From NCBI GenBank assembly GCA_963818475.1, contig CAWFSF010000005.1:1-64000 (forward strand): 64,000 nucleotides of DNA, written 5' to 3'. The DNA comes from Nitrospirota bacterium (lineage in GTDB: Bacteria > Nitrospirota > UBA9217). Of the stretch, positions 1 through 10,371 are shown one piece after another. The notes under the pieces are model-generated. The model was not told where the DNA came from. It did not search any database and was given only the letters and a program-made list of their open reading frames with translations. Numbering within the stretch: position 1 is the stretch's first letter; each line of letters begins with the position of its first letter. The position numbers and the translations under genes are program-made.

Positions 1-702
1 GGAACTCCGAAGGGATTTTGCGGACCGGCATACTTTACCAGAAAATCTTCAGGCACATACCCGTGGATGAATCCGCCGATAGCAATGGCGACGAATACAT
101 AGACCCAAACTTTTTTCAGGATATCCGTCGTATTTTCCCGGGCGTACACAAGACGATCTTTGAAAGTTTGCTTTGCGATGTCGGCAGCAGCACCCAGGGA
201 CTTGATCTTATAGACATACTCCTCGACCCATTTTTCAAGCTTGAGTTTTCCGATGATCATGCCCGCGATGATCGCGACAAGGAGACCGGTCCCCAGATAG
301 ATCAGCGCGATCTTCCAGCCGAAGAGCCCCCACAGGAGCACAACGGCAACTTCATTCACCATGGGGGAAGAAATGAGGAAAGAGAACGTGACGCCGAGCG
401 GAACTCCCGCCTCAACAAACCCGATAAAGAGCGGGACAGCAGAACAGGAGCAGAAGGGAGTGACGATGCCGAGGAGGGCAGCGAGGATGTTACCGATAAA
501 CTCTCGTTTATGGGATAGGATGCGTTTTGTCCGTTCGGGAGGAAAGTAGGACCGGATGATGGAAACGATGAAGATAATGACGGAAAGGAGCAGAAAGATC
601 TTTATTGTGTCATAAATGAAGAATTCCAGGGCTCCGGAAAGCCTGCCCTGTTCCATGGCCAAGAAGCGAATAAACAATGTACTGCGAGAAATCCTTGAGC
701 AT
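1..702 (-). CDS. Permease, ArsP/DUF318 family (partial, runs off left edge; apparent +1 frameshift near 658)
   Basis: Manual translation gives MLKDFSQYIVYSLL/MEQGRLSGALEFFIYDTIKIF...LLGIVTPFCSCSAVPLFIGF...FLISSPMVNEVA. TPFCSCS and SSPMVNE are typical of this family. GGAGG lies just upstream of the ATG at 702. Confidence 0.8.
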
Positions 703-773
703 TCCACCCTCCAACATATAAACATTTATTTATATATTAGAGGGGCGTCGCTGAAATGTCAAGAATAAATTAT

Positions 774-1768
774 TCAGTGTTTCGTCTGATCCAGCAGATT
801 CCTGACCCCATCGGTCATGAAAACCTTGCCCTGTTCATCAACAATAATGGCCTCAGCCCCGACCTTCTTCACGAGCTTCAATCCCTCTTCCGGGCCGAGG
901 ATGAACGGAACCTTGGTGAGCGGATCGATGACCGCGCCCCTGGTCGCCGATCAGGGTCACGGATATGACGCCTGTCGACGGCTTCCCGGTCCGGGGATCG
1001 ATGATGTGATGGTACCGTTTCTTTTCCCTGATGACGAACCGTTCGTAATCTCCCGAGGTGGAAATATATTTGTCACTGAACTCCAGGACCGCCAGGGTCT
1101 TGTCATGCTCCCGCGGATGCTGCACGCCGATCTTCCAGGGAGTCGCCGTTCTCCCGGCGTCCCAGGACCCAGATGTCGCCCGCAACAGCAATGATGGCGT
1201 TGGTGATACCGCGTTTTTTGATGATATCAGCCACCCGGTCCGCCATGTACCCCTTCATGCCGCCGAAGTCCATGATCATGCCGGTTTTCTTAAGAAAGAT
1301 CGTCGAAGCCTTCTTGTCAACAATGATGTTCCGATAGTTCACGAGAGCACGGACCCGGCCTATCTCCCTGTCGGTCGGCACGGTCCCTTCCTTCAGCCGC
1401 ATCTGCCACAGAACGACCAGGGGGCCGACGGTAATGTCAAAGACCCCGTTCGAGAGCGCTGAGATCTTCGCAGCGTGCTCCACGACCTCGATCATCTCGG
1501 GAGAGACCGTGACCGGGCCCTTCCCTGCGGCAAGGTTCACCTTCGTGATCTCGCTCGAGTCCTTATAGAGCGACATCATGGCATCGAGCCGCCGCAGCTC
1601 CGCCATACCCGCGTCAATGGCGGCTTCGCCGTCTTTCTCGGTCCCGGCCACGACCGTGATGGTCACATCCGTGCCCATGATGCTTTCGGTCTTCTGCACG
1701 GTCTTCGGGCCAGAGCAGCCGGAAGCGCTGACGAACAGCGCAAGCACGAGCAATAGTGATTTTTTCAC
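774..1768 (-). CDS. apbE: FAD:protein FMN transferase (ApbE family) lipoprotein, split by two apparent frameshifts
   Basis: Lipobox SASGC; motifs IMGTDVTITV, FDITVGPLV, DFGGMKGY, STSGDYER and YHHIIDPRTG are spread over ORFs 1103-1768 and 853-1191 plus a third piece ending at TGA 774-776. Confidence 0.88.
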
Positions 1769-1828
1769 GTGGTATCCTTACGAAGGGGCTTGAAGGTGAA
1801 CGAACCGGGCGAGCACCGGGGTCGGCAG

Positions 1829-2660
1829 CTACCCTTTGCCCATCTTTTTCTTGATGACAAGGCTTCGCGCCGACGCCCGCACTGCTTCGGGTATGTTGCG
1901 GTTCCGTTCGAGCAAGGCAAGGTCCCGCTCCGTCATCCGGCTCACGAAACCCAGCGAAATGCCGACCGGCGTCTTGGGATTGTTCACCAGCGCGGAGGCG
2001 ACGCTCGGCTTTCTGCACCATTCGGCGTTGGAGCCGATCTTGCGAAGGACATCCTCGTTCAGGCTGGTGGACTTGGCAAAGAACTCCACTTCGCCGATGG
2101 TGATCTTGGGATTGGCGATCACCGCCAGCGCAATGATCTTGCTCGACTCCCGGATGAGCAGGCCCCGCGCCTCCTTGGCGCCGGTCTGCGCCAGTTTGAT
2201 CTTCTGCGACGGGGTCATCTTATTGACGATCTGCGACATGTTCAGTTTTTTCTTCGGTTTTTGTTCCTTGGCCGCTTCTGCCGCCGCTGCTGCCGCATCT
2301 TCCTCCATCACCACGTCCACAACGCGCGTACTGGTGATGAATTGCTTGATCTCCTCGGACGACGTAAGGGCCAGGAACACCAGCGTGGCCTCGGTCAGGT
2401 TCGGGCAGCGGATGAGGTCGCGGGCAATATGGTCATCGTCATAATAGACGTGCGCGATCCGCTCCAGCATGTCCGCAGGCGTGCAGACATCAAGAAGGAT
2501 GTTCCGAAGCGCAATGGGCGAGCAGTGTTCGACATCGAAGGGGAGCTGCCGCCTGCTGCGTCGAATGGATCCTGCTCCATAGTGTTGTTTCTTCCATTAC
2601 CTGCCTCTTCGTCTCGGCGGACCAAAACAGCGTTCTACATGAGTTCAGCGAGCGAACGGG
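1829..2660 (-). CDS. Conserved hypothetical helical-repeat protein (5' end uncertain, probably frameshifted)
   Basis: ORF 1829-2470 has MTPSQKIKLAQTGAKEARGLLIRESSKII...NPKTP, a pattern I recognise from deltaproteobacterial hypothetical proteins. Coding-like sequence continues upstream. Confidence 0.65.
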
Positions 2661-2783
2661 ACTTGCCCGGATATCCTCATTACTGCCCGGTATGAACTCC
2701 GTTCCGGGTCACGTCTTGCTGATCACGGATGCGGTGGAATTATACTGAACTGCCGCCTGCGCTGTCAAGCAGGCGGGGCAGGA

Positions 2784-2990
2784 TTATACGACCTTATAGC
2801 CTGCTTCCACAACGGCAAAGGAAAGTTTGTCCAACGACACCTTGGCATCGTCATAGGTGACCACTGCCTGGCCTTTCTGCAGGTCAACCTGCGCATCCTG
2901 CACGCCTGCGGTAGCCTTGAGCGCCTTCGCCACCCGCATCACGCAGTGGTTGCAGGTCATCCCCTGTATCTTGAGCGTTGTTGTTGCCAT
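2784..2990 (-). CDS. copZ: Copper chaperone / heavy-metal-associated (HMA) domain protein
   Basis: 68 aa with the GMTCNHC metal-binding motif; GGAGG RBS upstream. Confidence 0.9.
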   Translation of the reverse strand: MATTTLKIQGMTCNHCVMRVAKALKATAGVQDAQVDLQKGQAVVTYDDAKVSLDKLSFAVVEAGYKVV

Positions 2991-3036
2991 TGTCGGTTCC
3001 TCCTTGAGAAGTTCTGCTGAGATTATACCACGTTCG

Positions 3037-4392
3037 TCAGGCCGATTTCAGCCCGAATTTTTCCATGCGGTAGATCAGGGTCGGCCGTGTGATGCCGAGG
3101 TATTCCGCCGCCCTGGTCTGGTTGTTCTTGTGCTTTTCCAGCGCCTTGATGATAAGGCTTTTTTCGAGGTCTTCGAGCGAGATCCCGTCCTCGGGCAGGT
3201 TCAGGATGATATCCTCGACCCCCTGCTTTTCTTTTCCGAGCTTTTCCGGCAGATCGGCAAGCGTGACCAGGTCACCCCGCCTGAGCACCGAGGCGCGTTC
3301 GATGACATTTTCGAGCTCGCGCACGTTCCCGGGCCAGCCGTATGCCCGGAGCGCGGAGAGGGCCGCAGGATCGATCCCGACACCAGCGGAATTGAACTTT
3401 TTCAGGAAATAATGGGCCAGCAGCGGGATATCGTCGCGCCGCTCCCGCAGCGGCGGCATCTGGAGCGTGATCACATTCAGCCGGTAGTAGAGGTCCTCCC
3501 GGAAGGCCCCCTCCTTCACCGCGCGTTCGATGTCCTTGTTCGTGGCGGCCAGGACCCGCACGTCGACCGCAAGAGGATGATTGCCGCCGACCCGGTCCAC
3601 CTGCCGTTCCTGCAGCGCCCGCAGGATCTTCGCCTGCAGATCGATGCGGAGATCGCCGATCTCGTCCAGGAACAGCGTGCCGCCGCGGGCAAGCTCGAAC
3701 TTGCCCGCCTTGTCGCGCACCGCGCCGGTAAACGCGCCTTTCACATGTCCGAAGAGCTCGCTCTCGATGAGCCCCTCGGGGATCGATGCGCAGTTCACCG
3801 CAACGAAGGGCCCCTGGGCCCGGGTGCTGTTGACATGAATGCCCCGGGCCAGGAGCTCCTTGCCCGTGCCGCTCTCGCCCGTAATGAGCACGCTGGCGTC
3901 GCTCGGGGCGACGCGGCCAGCCAGATCGAGCACGTCCTTCAGCCGTTCGCTCGTCCCGATGATGCCGGCAAAGCTGTACCGGTCCGTCACCGCCGCCCGG
4001 AGCTCCAGGTTCTCGCGCTCAAGCCGGCGCAGGGTAAGCGCTTTTTCAAGCGTCATCCGCAGCTCATCGCGGTTAAAGGGCTTCGTAATGTAATCGAAAG
4101 CCCCCTTCTTCATGGCCTCCACGGCGCTTTCGATCGTGCCGTAGGCCGTGATGACGACTACGGGCACCTGCTCGTCCTTTTCGCGGATGCGGGCCAGAAC
4201 CTCCATGCCGCTCATGCCCGGCATCGTGATGTCCGTGACCACGGCGTCACAGGCCTCCTGCTCGAAGAGCCGCAGGCCGTCCTCGCCGCTTGAAGCAGTA
4301 CGCACGGTGTAGCCCGCCTCGACCAGGCTGAACTCCATCACCCGGCGCAGGCTGTCATCATCGTCTATGAGGAGGATCGAAGGTTTTTTCAT
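3037..4392 (-). CDS. Sigma54-dependent response regulator (NtrC/ZraR family)
   Basis: Receiver domain (LLIDDD, TDITMP), Walker A GESGTGKE, GAFTGA loop, LFLDEIG, WPGNVREL and a C-terminal Fis-type HTH. Confidence 0.95.
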   Translation of the reverse strand: MKKPSILLIDDDDSLRRVMEFSLVEAGYTVRTASSGEDGLRLFEQEACDAVVTDITMPGMSGMEVLARIREKDEQVPVVVITAYGTIESAVEAMKKGAFDYITKPFNRDELRMTLEKALTLRRLERENLELRAAVTDRYSFAGIIGTSERLKDVLDLAGRVAPSDASVLITGESGTGKELLARGIHVNSTRAQGPFVAVNCASIPEGLIESELFGHVKGAFTGAVRDKAGKFELARGGTLFLDEIGDLRIDLQAKILRALQERQVDRVGGNHPLAVDVRVLAATNKDIERAVKEGAFREDLYYRLNVITLQMPPLRERRDDIPLLAHYFLKKFNSAGVGIDPAALSALRAYGWPGNVRELENVIERASVLRRGDLVTLADLPEKLGKEKQGVEDIILNLPEDGISLEDLEKSLIIKALEKHKNNQTRAAEYLGITRPTLIYRMEKFGLKSA

Positions 4393-4408
4393 AATATACA
4401 TTTTTCCG

Positions 4409-5515
4409 TTACCCGACCGGGATCTTCACCGCGAACGTCGCTCCCTTGCCCGGTTCGCTCGCCACATCGATGGTCCCGTGGTGGTTCTCGATGATCCGGT
4501 AGGTGATCGCAAGGCCCAGGCCGGTGCCGTTCTTTTTGGTCGTGAAAAAAGGGCTGAAAAGCCTTTTTCGGTTCTCTTCGCTGATCCCAACCCCGGTATC
4601 AGCGATCCGCACCACGACCATGCCGTTGCTCAGACCGCTCTCCACGGTCAGGACGCCCCCCTGCGGCATGGCCTGCAGGGCGTTCAGGATCAGGTTCAGG
4701 AACGCCTGCTTCAGCAATCCGGCATCGAGACGCTGCTTTCCCACAGAATGGTCAAGCCGTTTATCAATCCGGATGCCCGATTTCAGCGCCTCCTGGGCAG
4801 TGAGCAGGAGGACGGACTCGAGCTCTTCATTCACATCGGCCTGCTGAAGATCAGGCTCTTTGGGCCTGGCGAATCCGAGAAACTCCTGCAGGATCTTGTT
4901 CAGCCGGTCCGTTTCCTTCAGCAGGATCTGGATGAATTCGTACTTGGCGTCCTGCGGATCATAGTCGTCCCTCAGGATCTCGACAGCCCCCTGGATCGCA
5001 CCAAGGGGGTTGCGGATCTCGTGCGCCATTCCCGCGGAAAGCTGACCCAGTGCCGACATCCGGTCGGCGCGCCTCAGCTGCTCCTCGGTCTGGAACAGGA
5101 TATCGGTCTGCTCCCTGAGCTTCCGGTGCGACTCATCGAGGCGGAGCAGGGCTTCTTCATGGCGCGCCCGCTGATTGCGCTCCATCTGGCTCAAAATGCC
5201 GGTAACGCCGCCGAGCAGCAGAAAAAGGAACACTTCCACAAAGTTGTATACGTCGAGGAACGGATCGGTCCAGTGGAGGAACAGGTGCGGCGCGAACAGC
5301 AGGGTCGAGCTGATCGACACCAGGACCCCGCCCTTCATACCGTACCAGTAGGCCCCAAGAACGATCGGGATAATATAGAGGTGCCCCAGCATGCTGTGGA
5401 GCAAACCGGCGCCGTGCCCGCCCAGAAAATAATGGATCGCCGAAATAAACGCCAGCAGACCGGCCAGCACATACTGCCGCACCGAACCGAAACGACCTGT
5501 CACCATCCTGCGCAT
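4409..5515 (-). CDS. Membrane sensor histidine kinase
   Basis: N-terminal TM helices; H-box AHEIRNPL, N-box NLILNALQA, DTGVG and FFTTKKNGTGLGL. Confidence 0.93.
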   Translation of the reverse strand: MRRMVTGRFGSVRQYVLAGLLAFISAIHYFLGGHGAGLLHSMLGHLYIIPIVLGAYWYGMKGGVLVSISSTLLFAPHLFLHWTDPFLDVYNFVEVFLFLLLGGVTGILSQMERNQRARHEEALLRLDESHRKLREQTDILFQTEEQLRRADRMSALGQLSAGMAHEIRNPLGAIQGAVEILRDDYDPQDAKYEFIQILLKETDRLNKILQEFLGFARPKEPDLQQADVNEELESVLLLTAQEALKSGIRIDKRLDHSVGKQRLDAGLLKQAFLNLILNALQAMPQGGVLTVESGLSNGMVVVRIADTGVGISEENRKRLFSPFFTTKKNGTGLGLAITYRIIENHHGTIDVASEPGKGATFAVKIPVG

Positions 5516-5711
5516 GGTGCGCAGTATACCACACTGCGGCTCTTCGCAGCAAGCTGCAGGGATGGGCGGCTGCCGGATCAGGCAGGAAAGGCTCCTCTTC
5601 GGATTTCTGCCTGGAAACAGTTTTACCGTTTGATGAAATCCCTGCTTTTTTTGTTTTCATCCGGTCTATAATGTGCAGAATAATGCGCTTTAAACTCAAC
5701 TTTTAATGTTC

Positions 5712-5740
5712 TTGACAATGTGCGGTATTTTGTTAATAAT
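5712..5740 (+). promoter_or_regulatory. Sigma70-type promoter candidate
   Basis: TTGACA-17 bp-AATAAT, upstream of GGGAGG and the ATG at 5781. Confidence 0.55.
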
Positions 5741-5780
5741 ATGCATCGTTATATTCCAATTGGGAGGGAGGTGAAACCAC

Positions 5781-6025
5781 ATGAAGAAGATCATCGCATT
5801 GTTCACGGCAATGGCATTTGCTCTGACCCTCGGCGTTGCATTCGCAGAGGAGAACGGCAGCAGCCGGCACCGGCAGCAGCCCCCGCACCTGCAAAGGCAG
5901 AGGAGAAGGCACCGGCACCGGCAAAGAAGAAAGCAAAGAAAAAGAAGGCAGCCAAGAAGGCAGCCGAAGCTCCGGCAGCAGCAGCTCCGGCAGCAGCTCC
6001 GGAAGCAGCCCCGGCAGCAAAGTAG
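5781..6025 (+). CDS. Small exported Ala/Lys/Pro-rich protein (frameshift near 5855-5865)
   Basis: Signal peptide MKKIIALFTAMAFALTLGVAFA, joined across a frame change to PAPAAAPAPAKAEEKAPAPAKKKAKKKKAAKK...AAK stop; strong RBS. Confidence 0.75.
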
Positions 6026-6157
6026 TTTGCAGTACCCTATACCGCTAATTCATTATTCCGAGCGGACAACTGTTATTGTGGATGTGATTTTTCATCAGGC
6101 AGACGGATCAAACCGTCTGCCTATTCTATTTCCCATGGCGGCCGCAGTCCGTGCAGC

Positions 6158-6838
6158 TTAATCCCACCACAGGAACAGCCGGCGCGTGGCCTGCATTTCC
6201 TTCACCAGGCCGCTGACACTTCCCGGTCCCTGGTCCACCGCATCAGGACAGAAATCATAGACCTCTTCGGCAAAGGCAGAGAGGTCCTTGGGCAGGGTCT
6301 TGAACTCGATCTCGACCCAGTCGTTATCAGCGCCGACGATCTCGAAGGAAAAGGTCTTTTCCCAGTCCTTGAGCCGCGCCATCACATCTTCGTTCAGGAT
6401 TTCGTATTCCTCGCCGTTGGTCTGCATGATCCGCAGGATATCGTACTGGTCTGCGCCCTTGATGACGCCGATCGTTTCCTGCTCGAGACCGTCATTCATG
6501 GCCACCACAAAGGCCATGTAGTGACGCGGCTGCAGGCGGGTCCGCAGCTTCTTCAGGATCAGGTCTGAACGGTCCTCGGGGACATCGACCGAGATGCCGT
6601 TGGCCATGATCTGGTAACCGTTCTCATCGTATCCCGTGAGCCGCTGAATATGCTCATGGGTCTCTTCTTTGACGATGATCAGGACCTGTTTGTCAAATCC
6701 GATCTGGCATGCCACTTCCTCTGCATGGGGTGAAAGGACGATCGTCTGTTTTCCGCCCGCCCCGGTCATCAGTAGAGCAAGAAACGCCAGAACCAGAACG
6801 ATCATCGTCCGTACGCGATCAGTATGCACGCTCCGCAC
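6158..6838 (-). CDS. DUF4253-like domain protein
   Basis: C-terminal FAEEVYDFCPDAVDQG...LFLWWD motif; N-terminal hydrophobic segment. Confidence 0.75.
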   Translation of the reverse strand: MRSVHTDRVRTMIVLVLAFLALLMTGAGGKQTIVLSPHAEEVACQIGFDKQVLIIVKEETHEHIQRLTGYDENGYQIMANGISVDVPEDRSDLILKKLRTRLQPRHYMAFVVAMNDGLEQETIGVIKGADQYDILRIMQTNGEEYEILNEDVMARLKDWEKTFSFEIVGADNDWVEIEFKTLPKDLSAFAEEVYDFCPDAVDQGPGSVSGLVKEMQATRRLFLWWD

Positions 6839-6987
6839 CTCTCCTTCTGCAAGCCGCCTTGCTGGAACCGGCTCCGGATCAACTAAATGATTTTAGCATA
6901 CCGGAAGAGACGAACACAACAATTTACTTTCCTCACCAGGCGGCTGCGGCTATACTATAAGTACCTGATCAGGAAGGAAATGACCAG

Positions 6988-7632
6988 ATGAACAATGAGG
7001 GAAAGACTGCGCCTCAAACACCGGCGGCGGTATTGTTTGATTTCGGCGGAGTTCTGGCTGACGAGGGTTTTCACCAGGGACTGCTGGCCATCGGACGCGG
7101 ACAGGGGCTGGATCCGGAACTTTTTTTCAGGACCGCTGACAGGCTCATCTACGAGACCGGCTACCTGGTAGGCCGGGCGAGCGAAGAGGCCTACTGGCAG
7201 GCACTGCGGGAACAGACCGGCATCCGCGGTTCTGACAGCGAGTTCCGCGCCGAGATCCTGACGCGGTTCGTCATGCGGCCGGCGATGCTCATGCACGTTG
7301 ATCGACTGCGTGCAGCGGGATCGATCGTCGCCCTCCTGAGCGACCAGACCAACTGGCTCGACGAACTGGACAGAACGAACGGCATCTTCCGGCACTTTGA
7401 TGAGGTCTTTAATTCGTTCTCGATCCATCGGAGCAAACGGGATCCTGCGGTTTTCCCGGATGTCTGCGCCGCACTGGCCACAACACCCGGCAAAACGCTT
7501 TTCATCGACGACAATACAGGGCATATCAGCCGCGCGGCAGAGCAAGGCCTCAGAACGATCCTGTTCACGACCGTGGAGGCATTTGAAGCAGAACTGCCGG
7601 CTTTTTTTCCCGCGTATACACAGCGCACATGA
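6988..7632 (+). CDS. HAD-family phosphatase (YihX-like)
   Basis: Motif I FDFGGV, motif IV FIDD. Confidence 0.85.
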   Translation: MNNEGKTAPQTPAAVLFDFGGVLADEGFHQGLLAIGRGQGLDPELFFRTADRLIYETGYLVGRASEEAYWQALREQTGIRGSDSEFRAEILTRFVMRPAMLMHVDRLRAAGSIVALLSDQTNWLDELDRTNGIFRHFDEVFNSFSIHRSKRDPAVFPDVCAALATTPGKTLFIDDNTGHISRAAEQGLRTILFTTVEAFEAELPAFFPAYTQRT

Positions 7633-7684
7633 CAATGAAGCCCGGAAAAAACGAAATTAAATCCTCGACAGAATAAAGGACCCT

Positions 7685-8159
7685 ATGGACAATACACAAT
7701 GTTCGCCCATCATCCTATGCGCAGCAGCCGGCCTGATCATCGCCTCCTGCTCGGGAACCCGTCCCGCAAACCTCGGCGTCACGAACGGCCTGCTTGCCCC
7801 CTGTCCTTCGACGCCGAACTGCGTATCAAGCCAGAGCAGGGACCCTGAGCATGCGGTGGCAGCCCTAACCTACACGTCATCACCTGCCGAAGCCATGTCA
7901 AAGCTCAAAAAGATCGTACAAGCAATGCCCCGCACCCTGATCGTGACCGAAACTCCGGCCTATCTTCATGCCGAATTCACCAGTGCCATCATGCGCTTTG
8001 TCGATGATGTCGAGTTTTCTCTGGATGAATCCACGCGATCGATCAATGTGCGGTCAGCCTCACGGTTGGGGAAAGCGGACCTCGGCGTGAACCGGAAGCG
8101 GGTGGAAGAGATCAGGTCGAAGTGGATGGCCGCAGGACAGCAGACAGGAACGATAGTGA
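7685..8159 (+). CDS. DUF1499 domain lipoprotein (3' end uncertain)
   Basis: CPSTPNCVSSQ, FVDDVEF and VRSASRLGKADLGVNRKRV; lipobox-like IIASC. As assembled the ORF reads on to 8218 into the next gene's N-terminus. Confidence 0.8.
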
Positions 8160-8849
8160 ACGACAGAACGCTCATTTCGATCATCCTGCCGGTGCTGCAT
8201 GAGAGCGGAAGCCATTAATGCCGTGCTCACCCATCTTCGCGGCCTGCAGCGGCACCATCCGCTGGAGATCATCGTCGTAGACGGCGATCCTGCAGGCAGT
8301 ACCCTGCAGGCGATCCGGGACAATGGCGTCGTGCGCGTGCTCTCGGGACCGGGACGGGCGCGCCAGATGAATTGCGGCGCTTCACGGGCTCAGGGAGAGG
8401 TGCTCCTTTTCCTGCACTCCGATACCTTGCTTCCCCTCCAGGCACTTACGCGGATAGGGATCGCCCTGGCAGACACCAGCATCGCAGCAGGGGCCTTTGA
8501 CCTGGGATTCGATACGAAGAGACGCATATTCAGGATCACGGAAAAATATGCCGCACTTCGCACCCGGCTTACGAGGGTCCCCTTCGGCGACCAGGCGATC
8601 TTTGTTCGCAGGGCATACTTTGAAAGGATCGGCGGGTACGCTGAGATCCCCCTGATGGAGGATGTTGAGCTGATGGGCCGCATCAGAAAGCGGGGCGACC
8701 GCATCTGCATCATCCCCCTGAAGGTCATGACCTCCCCGCGTCGGTACGAACAGGAGGGCATCCTGTACTGCACGTTCAGGAACTGGGCGCTCCAGCTGTG
8801 TTATCGTGCAGGGGTATCACCGGAGAGGCTTGTAAAATGGTACCGATGA
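8156..8849 (+). CDS. GT2 glycosyltransferase, TIGR04283 family (frameshift near 8203)
   Basis: ISIILPVLHE start, IVVDG, GRARQMNCGA, LFLHSDT, PFGDQAIF, IPLMEDVE and TSPRRY. Confidence 0.88.
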
Positions 8850-9577
8850 TCATGAACGCGATCCTGTACTGCGTGCTCATCACGCTGATGCTGTTGCCGG
8901 CCGGCGTGCCCTCATCCGCCATCGCCTCCGACGATCGGAACATCCTTCTTCGCGAGGACTTCAACAGCCTCGACAACTGGAAACCATTTTTCTTCCCCAA
9001 AATAAAAAGCCATTCCACCTATACCATCGCAACAGAGGGGCAGGAGCACATGCTCAAGGCCGAAAGCAGCAATTCTGCCTCGGCCATCGTGTACAAGGAT
9101 TCATTCAATGTCTACGAGCACCCCCGGATGAAATGGCGCTGGAAGATCGGCAGCGTCTATAAAAAAGGTGATGCCCGCACCAGGGAAGGCGACGACTATC
9201 CGATCCGTGTCTATATCATGTTCGAGTACGACCCTGAACAAGCCGGCGCTTTTGAGAAGATGAAATACGGCATGGCGCGGTCGATCTATGGCGCATACCC
9301 GCCCCACAGCAGCCTGAGCTATGTCTGGGCAAACAAGGATGAGGCCGGCAGGTTCCTGACCAGCCCCTACACGAGCAGGGCAAAGATGGTGCTGCTTGAA
9401 AAAGGTGCGGAGAATGCGGGAAGCTGGCAGGAGGCCGAGATCAACATCCTCGAAGATTACCAGCAGGCCTTCGGGGTAAAGCCTCCTGCACGCGCGCGCA
9501 TCGCAGTGATGAATGATTCCGACAATACCGGCGAAAGTTCGGTGTCGTATATGGATTATATTGAAATATGCAAGTAA
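8846..9577 (+). CDS. DUF3047 domain exported protein
   Basis: Signal peptide; WRWKI, DDYPIRVY, LSYVWA and IAVMNDSDNTG; ATGA overlap with the upstream stop. Confidence 0.85.
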   Translation: MIMNAILYCVLITLMLLPAGVPSSAIASDDRNILLREDFNSLDNWKPFFFPKIKSHSTYTIATEGQEHMLKAESSNSASAIVYKDSFNVYEHPRMKWRWKIGSVYKKGDARTREGDDYPIRVYIMFEYDPEQAGAFEKMKYGMARSIYGAYPPHSSLSYVWANKDEAGRFLTSPYTSRAKMVLLEKGAENAGSWQEAEINILEDYQQAFGVKPPARARIAVMNDSDNTGESSVSYMDYIEICK

Positions 9578-9687
9578 ACGTTTCTCCGTCCAGTAACGTT
9601 ACGTTGTTTACTCGATCGTGTCAGGGATTGTCCTTGAACTGACCAGCCGTTTATGCAATACTTAAAAAACCTGCTGCCTCTTCAACC

Positions 9688-10371
9688 ATGCACGACAAAC
9701 CGATCATTCTTCTGTTTATAAAGGCCCCGCTCAAGGGCCGGATAAAATCGCGCCTTGCCGCAGCCATCGGTAATGATGCGGCGCTGGAGCTCTACCAACG
9801 CTTTGTACTCGACACTATCGATACCGTGGAAGCGCTCGCCATCCCGGTGCGGATCTGCTTTTACCCGCCTGATGCCGTGGCCGCGATCCGCACCTGGCTC
9901 GGCAGCGAACGGGACTGCGTGCCCCAGCGGGGGAATGACCTCGGCGAACGCATGGAGCGCGCGTTTGAACAGGTCTTTCAAGAAGGCTATGAACGGGCGC
10001 TATTGATCGGAAGCGATATTCCGGAGCTGACAGGAGCGGTAATGCATGAGGCCCTGGCTGCATTGGACACGCACGGCGCGGTCCTCGGGCCGGCGGCAGA
10101 CGGCGGCTACTATCTGATCGGTTTCACCGCAACAGCCTTCGTGCCATCGGTGTTCCACGATATCGCCTGGAGCACAAGCACGGTTTGCGATGAGACACTC
10201 GCCAAGGTCAGGCAATCCGGCCGGCGGGTCCACCTGCTGCCGAAACTGCATGATGTCGATACGAAGGACGACCTCAGCATCTTTTTCAAACAACACCGGA
10301 ACGATCCGGCCGGCCCTTCCCGGACCCTTGCATATCTGACAGAACAGGAAGGAAGGTTTTTCCGGGCATGA
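9688..10371 (+). CDS. TIGR04282 family (DUF2064) transferase
   Basis: KAPLKGRIKSRL, QRGNDLGERM, IGSDIP, LGPAADGGYYLIG and DVDT. Confidence 0.9.
   Translation: MHDKPIILLFIKAPLKGRIKSRLAAAIGNDAALELYQRFVLDTIDTVEALAIPVRICFYPPDAVAAIRTWLGSERDCVPQRGNDLGERMERAFEQVFQEGYERALLIGSDIPELTGAVMHEALAALDTHGAVLGPAADGGYYLIGFTATAFVPSVFHDIAWSTSTVCDETLAKVRQSGRRVHLLPKLHDVDTKDDLSIFFKQHRNDPAGPSRTLAYLTEQEGRFFRA

Noticed and set aside
7657-7672. 16-bp exact match (TTAAATCCTCGACAGA) to the reverse complement of 38504-38519
   Set aside because: About one 16-mer match is expected by chance across both strands of 64 kb, and the flanks do not extend.
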